From: Octopus sinensis
Taxonomy: Eukaryota
NCBI RefSeq assembly: GCF_006345805.1
Contig: NC_043013.1
Coordinates: 9,734,001 to 9,798,000, forward strand
Direction: 5' to 3'
Length of the DNA: 64,000 bases
Numbering within the stretch: the stretch's first letter is position 1; each line of letters begins with the position of its first letter. The notes below the pieces were generated by a model. The model made no database searches, had not been told where the DNA came from, and saw only the letters and a list, made by a program, of their open reading frames with translations. Shown here piece after piece: positions 53,373 through 64,000 of this stretch. A program made the position numbers and the translations under genes.

Positions 53373-53865
53373 ACACATACATTGTATACATATTACTAAA
53401 AGCACGAAAATGTCACGTCTTTCTCATGCGAATATACTAAAATATCGAATGCCCCACAAAATGAACTACCTACCCTGTGATGCATTTTCTTTTTTTTTTT
53501 TTAATTCTTTTCGTTTTGCACTAACTTATAGAAATGTGTAGTTGGTTAACCATTTTCCAAACCTTTATCAATGTCTTTGCTCATATTACATCCCGCGAAT
53601 TTCCTAATTTATTGTTCAAACTCTCAGATGCATGATTCGAGAAATTTTAGCTTCTAATGAAATACTGGTGCTTTTTAACTTGTGTACGTCTTCATCCATT
53701 CTTAAATGTTCGCAAACACAAGCCTCTATAGAGGCCAAGTCATTGCTGTGTTGGGATCGCACTCATAATCACATGAGTTTGATCATCTAACCAGGCGGTG
53801 CGTAGTATTCATGAACATATCACTCATTTACTGAAAATGGGTACCAACCAAGCTCTACATATATA

Positions 53866-54336
53866 TCTTTATTGCCCACGAAGGGGCCAAACATAGAGGG
53901 GACGAACAAGGACAGACAAAGGGATTGAGTCGATTACATCGACTCCAGTGCATAACTGGTACTGTTTTAACCGACCCCGAAAGGATGAAAGGCAAAGTCG
54001 ACCTCAGCTGAATTTGAACTCAGAACGTAACGGCAAACCAAATACGGCTACGCATTTCGCCCGGTCTGCTAACTTTTCTGCCAGCTTGCCGCCAAGTTCT
54101 ATATATGTTTCTTTATTACCCACAAGGGGCTCAACACAGAGGGGACAAACAAGGACAGACAAAGGGATTGAGTCGATTACATCGACCCCAGTGCATAACT
54201 GGTACTGTTTTTACTGACCCTGAAAGGATGAAAGGCAAAGTCGACCTCAGCGGAATTTGAACTCAGAACGTAATGGCAGACGAAATACGGCTACGCATTT
54301 CGCCCGGCGTGCTAACGTTTCTGCCAGCTCGCCGCC
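53866..54336 (-). mobile_element. Tandem pair of full-length SINE B copies
   Basis: Copies at 53866-54093 and 54108-54336; motif aag(c/t)tcta(c/t)at lies before, between and after them. Confidence 0.92.
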
Positions 54337-54658
54337 AAGTTCTATATAGTCTGCTAGCAGCTGTATAGCCACCAGAAGTAGTTAGTGAAAACAGGTAGAT
54401 GCTACCGAGTCGTACTTGCTTAAAAATGACGGCTCTCTCTCCACAAACACATGCACGACGACATCGTTACGTGGTTAAGCAGGCACTGGCATGGTTGAGT
54501 GATTAAGAAGCCCTGTTTGCAACCATCCAGTTTCGGATTCAGTCCACCGCACAACACCTTGAGCAAGTGTTTTCCACTATAGCCCTGAACAATAAATGTC
54601 ATGTGAGTAAATTTGACAGAGAGTAAATCTGTGGAAACACGTCATATATACACATATG

Positions 54659-54699
<41 letters not shown>

Positions 54700-55732
54700 A
54701 TGTGTGTGGATATGCGTGTGTATATATACATATTTATGTGTAGATATCCGTGTGTGTGTGTGTGTGACTTTATGTATATTTTTCCACCGCTTGATTATCG
54801 GTGTTGGTTTGGTTACGTCCCTGTAACTTAGAGGTTTCAGCAAAAGACAAAGAGAGTAAGTATTTTTTTCTTCTGTAGTTTCAGATCAGGGCTACGGCCA
54901 TGCTGATGCACCGCCGTATCTTAGACTCACAAAAAAAAAGAAAGAAAGAAAAAAAAGGTAATTACTTTGATCGATTTGTTCGCCTAAACCCTGCAATTCG
55001 TTGCCCCAGCAAGACCGCAGTCCAGTGGCTGAAACAAGTAAAAGATAACACACACACACACACACACACATATACATACATACATACACACTTATACATA
55101 CCCACATATTCCTGTTTCACACTAAAACTAAACATGTTACCGCGACTTATTTTATTTCGAATGATTACGTTATTACATAGATGTAATAGTAAAAATAAAA
55201 ATAAAAATAAAAATAAAATAATAAATAGAAAAAATAATTGACTATATGTGCATTTTTCTTTATCTTCTTCTAATTTTATGACTATCATTGTGAGATTTTA
55301 AGGTCGGAAATCTTCGACATAAAATGTACATCTACAGAGATTTAAGGCTTCGTTTATTTGGTAAAATGTAATTATACAGTTCTTTAATATTGATATACGG
55401 TACATCAGTGTCTCTATGTCAGTGTAACTGTCTTCTTAATAATCGATTTGCAGTCAGATCTCTTACGTTCCTTACGTTTGGTCATATCTCAAGAGATTGC
55501 TTCTTACTTTCTGTTTTTCCCTCTATGTTTTTATTTAAAATATGGTAATTTCAACCAAATAAATATTTCTGTCTAACGAATCAAAGACAAAAAAAAAAAC
55601 TGACAAAAGCCCCCCCCCCCAAAAAAAAAAAAAAAAAAAAAAAAAAAAACAAAAAAAAAAACAAAGGGACACGGAAAAAGAAAAGCACTAGTATTTCCTA
55701 AATGGTATTGTCCATTGACTGACAGGGGTTTC

Positions 55733-55781
<49 letters not shown>

Positions 55782-56030
55782 GATCTGAGGTCAAATTCTA
55801 CAAAGTTCGACTTTGCCTTTCATCATTTAATAGTCGATAAAATAAATTCTAGCCGGGAACCGTGGTTGATGTAACCGACTAGCCCACTCCATAGGAAATG
55901 CATAACGGCATTTCGACCGCGTTTACATTCTGAGTTCTAATTCCGCCATGGTCGACTTTACCTTTCATCTCTTCGGTGTCGATGAAATAAGAACGAGTTG
56001 AGCACTGGGGTCGGATATAATCGATTAGCC
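55782..56030 (+). mobile_element. Two degenerate SINE B fragments following (ATT)n
   Basis: ttcgactttgcctttcatc and ggtcgactttacctttcatc cores. Confidence 0.7.
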
Positions 56031-56233
56031 CCTTTCTCAAACGATGTCAATTTTAACTTTTACAAGAATGGAGTGCAACCCGGAAAAAATGAGAATAAGA
56101 TAAATAAATTCCTGTCATCAGGAGCGCAAAGTGATATCACTATGGTTTCGACACCTGGTCAGTACCACTCAATCCGACGGTGTAGTTCACAAAAAGTTTT
56201 TTTTTATTATTCTCTCTCTCTGTTTATTTCTCC

Positions 56234-56277
56234 GTCTTCGTTTCTGATGAAGAGCGTAGGCTCGAAACGTAAAAGAC
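56234..56277 (+). ncRNA. Minimal type I hammerhead ribozyme, core intact (element ~56195-56346)
   Basis: gtc-ttcg-ttt-CTGATGA-A-GAGC-GTAG-GCTC-GAAACGTA-aaagac. Helix I ttt/aaa plus gtc/gac, helix II GAGC/GCTC, palindromic ACGT helix III, GUA site (cleavage after 56271). Confidence 0.75.
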
Positions 56278-56369
56278 TTTATCACCTTCCCGAGCGTTAA
56301 ATTGATATATCTGTCTTCGTCTTTTCTTTTCCTGTAAATTTCAACTATATATATATACATACATACATA

Positions 56370-56426
<57 letters not shown>

Positions 56427-56435
56427 TATAATACA

Positions 56436-60014
<3,579 letters not shown>

Positions 60015-61273
60015 TGATGAAATATTATTCTTCAGGGGAAATCACTTTTTCATGACTTATGGATCAACTTCCCTATAAATTCCTCCAATACAAAGAAAGA
60101 ATTTAAAAAAAAATCCCACTGTAATTGTTATTGTTATTTTTTGTTCTTATTAGTATTATTTTACTCTCACTTCATGTTGAGTATTTTAGAAACAAATAAA
60201 ATAAAATAAGAAAATAAATAAAACCAGTTAAACTACACCAATGGGTGATACGCTGTGTTCACACGCTGCCCAAATTTCATTTTAAAATTACCTGATCCGG
60301 AACTACGTCTCGCATTCAGCTAACCATTATTCATTGACGCCTGTCTATAGTTATGCGTGTATTTTCTTGACAATTATAGAATTTTTTCCGTATTTTTACA
60401 TTTTTCTTTAATGTTTTTTTTGCAAAAAATTTACACTAATACAAAAAAAAATGCTTCAAAACACTATCGTTGTTTCTTGGTTTGTTGGGGTTTTTTTTCC
60501 TTCAAATTTCTGCATTTGTGTGTAGATATTGTAGATATATATTAATGTAGTAAGCCGGCATAAATTTACGTAGTTTTTTTCCGTTCTGAATAATGCTACA
60601 TTTGGAAAAATAAAACCAAAAACTAACACCTAACAAACATTCGCTCCTATACAAGTTATGTACAACTCTTGAAACTTCATTCCAGAACCTCCAGCCTCTT
60701 GCTTTCAAATTCAGAAGCAGTAGCAGCACTATCAATACAATAGCAAGACCAAGACCAAGAAAGAATACAAGATTGTCTCACTTGTGGTGTAACCTCACAG
60801 AAAAGAGATTGTTTTAATTCTCTTTTACCTCACCAAATCCTGCATTATATCAATTCCATTGTTTCACAGCTGACTTGGAGCATCACAGACATGGTTCTCC
60901 AACTTATTTTTATTTGCACTCGTCACTCTTACTCTGTGTGTGTGTTTTTATGCACATACGTATGTGTGCGGGAAATACTTTTTGCCAAACATCGTTTAAG
61001 ATCCTATATTTCGGAAAAGATTCTCCTTTTCAAATAATAGAAAAAAAGTAATAAAAAATTGTGGAAAGATTGAAGAGAAACTATTCAGTGATTGAATGGC
61101 CTGCCTGTAGCCACACATTTCTCCGATATCTTTGATCATCTCCTTCTTCTATTTTAGAAGGGGTTATCTTTCCCGAAATGTTTTACAATTAATATAAAAT
61201 ATATTATTTTTAGTTATAGAAATCACTGATATACTTTGCCTAACTTCATACCTGCAATGTTACAGTGTGAATG

Positions 61274-61312
<39 letters not shown>

Positions 61313-62099
61313 TAATAATAATAATAATAATAATAATCTCCTTTTCAAGAGGCACAAAACCTGAAATTTTAGGAAGAGGGGTTACGTAGATTCCAGTATT
61401 CTACTAATACATTATTTATCGACCACGAAAGTATGTAAAGCAAAAATACACACACATACTCGTACAAGCACAAACGCACACACACATACATACATTTAGG
61501 GCTGACATTGTATATAAAAATATTATGTTGCCCACTCGAAAAAGAAAATGGTGTGTAAACTATATAAATATAAAGCAATATACAAAATATAGAATATAGA
61601 ACATAAAAGAAATTCAATTTTCAAGTGATGATAAGTATCGGTTGCCATTTTTTGCTTACTCCAGAAATTCTATTGAACGTACTATACGGGGGTGAAGTGA
61701 TGATACAAATGGGTAAATAATAAAATGATTCAATGTATATATGCATAAGATTAAAGTGAAGATGAAAAATATTTATTTAAACGGGATATTTGGATAATTC
61801 ACCTCTGGAAACATGGGTGTTGCGTTCAAAATGCTTAAACAACCCTTATTTAGGGAGCTTTTGAGCGGTATGGGCTAATTGACCTGAAGAAAATTCTTAC
61901 TGGGCATAATCTGCAAGGTCATGCGCTGTTAATCTTGGTATGAACTCATCATGTCGCGCACATATGGTTGTGATGGAGGTGCTTGGTGTACCCTTATTAG
62001 ATGGGTAGTCATGATGGGTATACTGGTCTTTGTATATTTTACCCCAGTGTCACTTTGATGGCATGCACTGCTCTCTCACTCAAAAAAAAAAAATAATAA

Positions 62100-62500
62100 T
62101 AATGGTTTCAAATGTTACCACAAGGGCAGGAATTTTATAGGGAGGGGATGAATCGATTACATCGACCCAGTGTCTCACTAGTACTTAATTTACCGACCCT
62201 GAAGGATGAAAGGCAAAGTCGACCTCGGCGGAATTTGAACTCAGAATGTAAAGAGACAAAATGCCTTCTTTCTTTATTACTCACAAGAGGCTAAACATAG
62301 AGGAGACAAACAAGGACAGACAAACGGATTAAGTCGATGACATCGACCCCAGTGCGTAAATGGTACTTAATTTATCGACCCCGAAATGATGAAAGTCAAA
62401 GTCGACCTCGGCGGAAGATGAACTCAGAACGTAGCGGCAGACGAAATACCACTAAGTATTTCGTCCGGCGTGCTAACGATTCTGCCAACTTACCGCCTCA
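62100..62500 (-). mobile_element. Full SINE B (62268-62498) abutting an older B variant with a different tail
   Basis: Two reverse cores; left copy has the cccttgtggtaacatttgaaaccattatt tail type. Confidence 0.85.
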
Positions 62501-63699
62501 TTATAATAAGTCAGGTTACCAATCATTTAGACAAGGTCCATGCACACTTGAGAGAAGTCGTTCTAGTTGATTAGATTTAGTGTAGAAAATTTAATAAACC
62601 CTAAGCTACACTTCGTTTCAACAATGATAACAAGATATCAACCATACAGTATTTCGATTTAATGAGGTTTTGGGGAGTAAATGGAAACAAGATCTATCGG
62701 TTAGGCATTTCGAAAGTTATCAGCTTGCCATTAAATACAAAAAGGCCTATAGGTTTATTTACATCATCACCATGGCAACTCTACTCCGATCTTTTGTGTA
62801 GCTAAACAAAGCCTCCTTCTTTTTCGGAGGGACTATATATGTGTGTGTATATGTGTGTGTATGTGCGTATGTGTTTGTGTGTGTGTATTAGTGAGTGTTT
62901 GTATATATGTGTGTATATGTGGGTATGTGTGTCTGTGGAAGTACGAGTTTTTTTGTCTGTATATTTGTGTACGCGCATGCGCGTTCGTCTGCTTCTCTGT
63001 ACTTTACTGTTGGTATCACACCTTGTTTCTGTGAATATGAATTAGCTGAAAGAGTGCAAACAGGGCAGAAGGCTGACTGGCTGGCTGGCTGACTAGTTGA
63101 CTGATGCCAGAAATGTAGTGGATGTAAGCAAGAAGTCAGCCGCAACTAAGGTGTGCTTGACATCTCTGATCCCGCCCAGAATTTAACAATGTACCCAGCC
63201 ATTGTTCATTAATAATGAGAATGCATCTGCACACACTTCATTATTTATTAGTTTCTATAAATAACACATTGTTCAGGCTTACAAAAAGCAATTCAAGCTT
63301 CGTCGAGATCTATTCTGATTATATTTACGTATGATGAAAGGCATTCCGGCCGCGACCACCACATGATTTTTTTTCAATGTCCACTGTAAAGAAACTATAT
63401 TATCTAAGGCCTCTTTATTCTTTCATTTAAAAGTTTACTATTATATGAAGATTTGACTGCTGTTTTTAGCATGCTATGCAACTGCATATTTGAAAATTTG
63501 ACTGCTGTTTTTAGTATGCTATACAACTGCATACAGGTAGTTTTGTTCAAAAGGTTCTATTGTTTTCTTTTAGAAAAGAATATCAAGAATACAAATAAAA
63601 TAAACGGAAAGATAAGGAGGAACTTAGTGGTAATATTTATGGAATAATCATGGAAATGGTTGACCATTTGGAATTGGTTGTGTAACATTTATGGTTTTG

Positions 63700-63830
63700 T
63701 GGTTAAGAAGCTTTCTTTGCAACTGCATTGTCCGGTCCTGCTGCAGTGCTCCTCAGGCAAGTGTCTTCTACTATAGTCCTGGAGCGGTCAATGATCTTTG
63801 TGAATTTGATAGACCGAAATCGTGTGGAAG
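63700..63830 (+). mobile_element. Old degenerate SINE family A head/core
   Basis: ggcaagtgtcttctactatagtcctgg. Confidence 0.65.
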
Positions 63831-64000
63831 CTTTCAGTGCGCACTGAAGCGCTTTTGAAGGAAGCGGTGGGCCGGTTGGCCTCCGTGCAAGGCCAGTCCG
63901 ACCAGAGACAGTTGTTGCAAGGAATTACAAGCCGAGCTGAAGAAGCACGAGACCGGAATGTCATTGTCGAGTCTGATGTCTCGGAGATTTTTGGCTAACC

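Noticed and set aside
55609-55662. Poly-C followed by long poly-A
   Set aside because: No upstream retrocopy or TSD recognisable; simple homopolymers, with lengths unreliable in assemblies.
61990-62105. Possible LINE 3' UTR ending in A/(AAT)n
   Set aside because: No upstream coding motif could be translated to assign a clade, and the (AAT)n is also explained by the adjacent minus-strand SINE tail.

Overview
AT-rich, microsatellite-saturated animal DNA with no confidently identifiable host gene. The repeat complement (several tRNA-headed SINE families plus dense (TA)n/(CA)n/(ATT)n/(TAGA)n tracts) looks like an octopus (cephalopod) genome; this is pattern recognition, not a database result. 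Nearly all ORFs in the supplied track are microsatellite or SINE artefacts. The real coding signal is transposon relics, most not in the ORF track and found by manual translation: a CR1 LINE, a Penelope-like element (PLE) with Cys-linker and GIY-YIG, an RTE/BovB LINE, a Helitron Pif1 helicase, an L1/Tx1 LINE with zf-RVT and a Tc1/mariner transposase. There are also Helentron-associated non-autonomous elements. SINE family labels A, B and D are my own. Most notable: (1) eight hammerhead-ribozyme (HHR)-like motifs from several families, mostly in short elements abutting (TA)n, including a head-to-head pair in a ~350 bp palindrome and one near-intact minimal HHR at 56234-56277; (2) a 5'-truncated tRNA-Gly copy with an Asp anticodon fused to a Tx1-like 3' tail between putative TSDs; (3) a 3' tail shared by SINE B and the Tx1 LINE, suggesting a SINE-LINE partnership; (4) TSD-flanked dimeric SINEs; (5) a templated insertion with a snap-back segment; (6) a 1.73 kb near-perfect tandem duplication. 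Candidate minus-strand host exons are reported at low confidence. All alignments and folds were done by eye, so coordinates of degenerate repeats are approximate.
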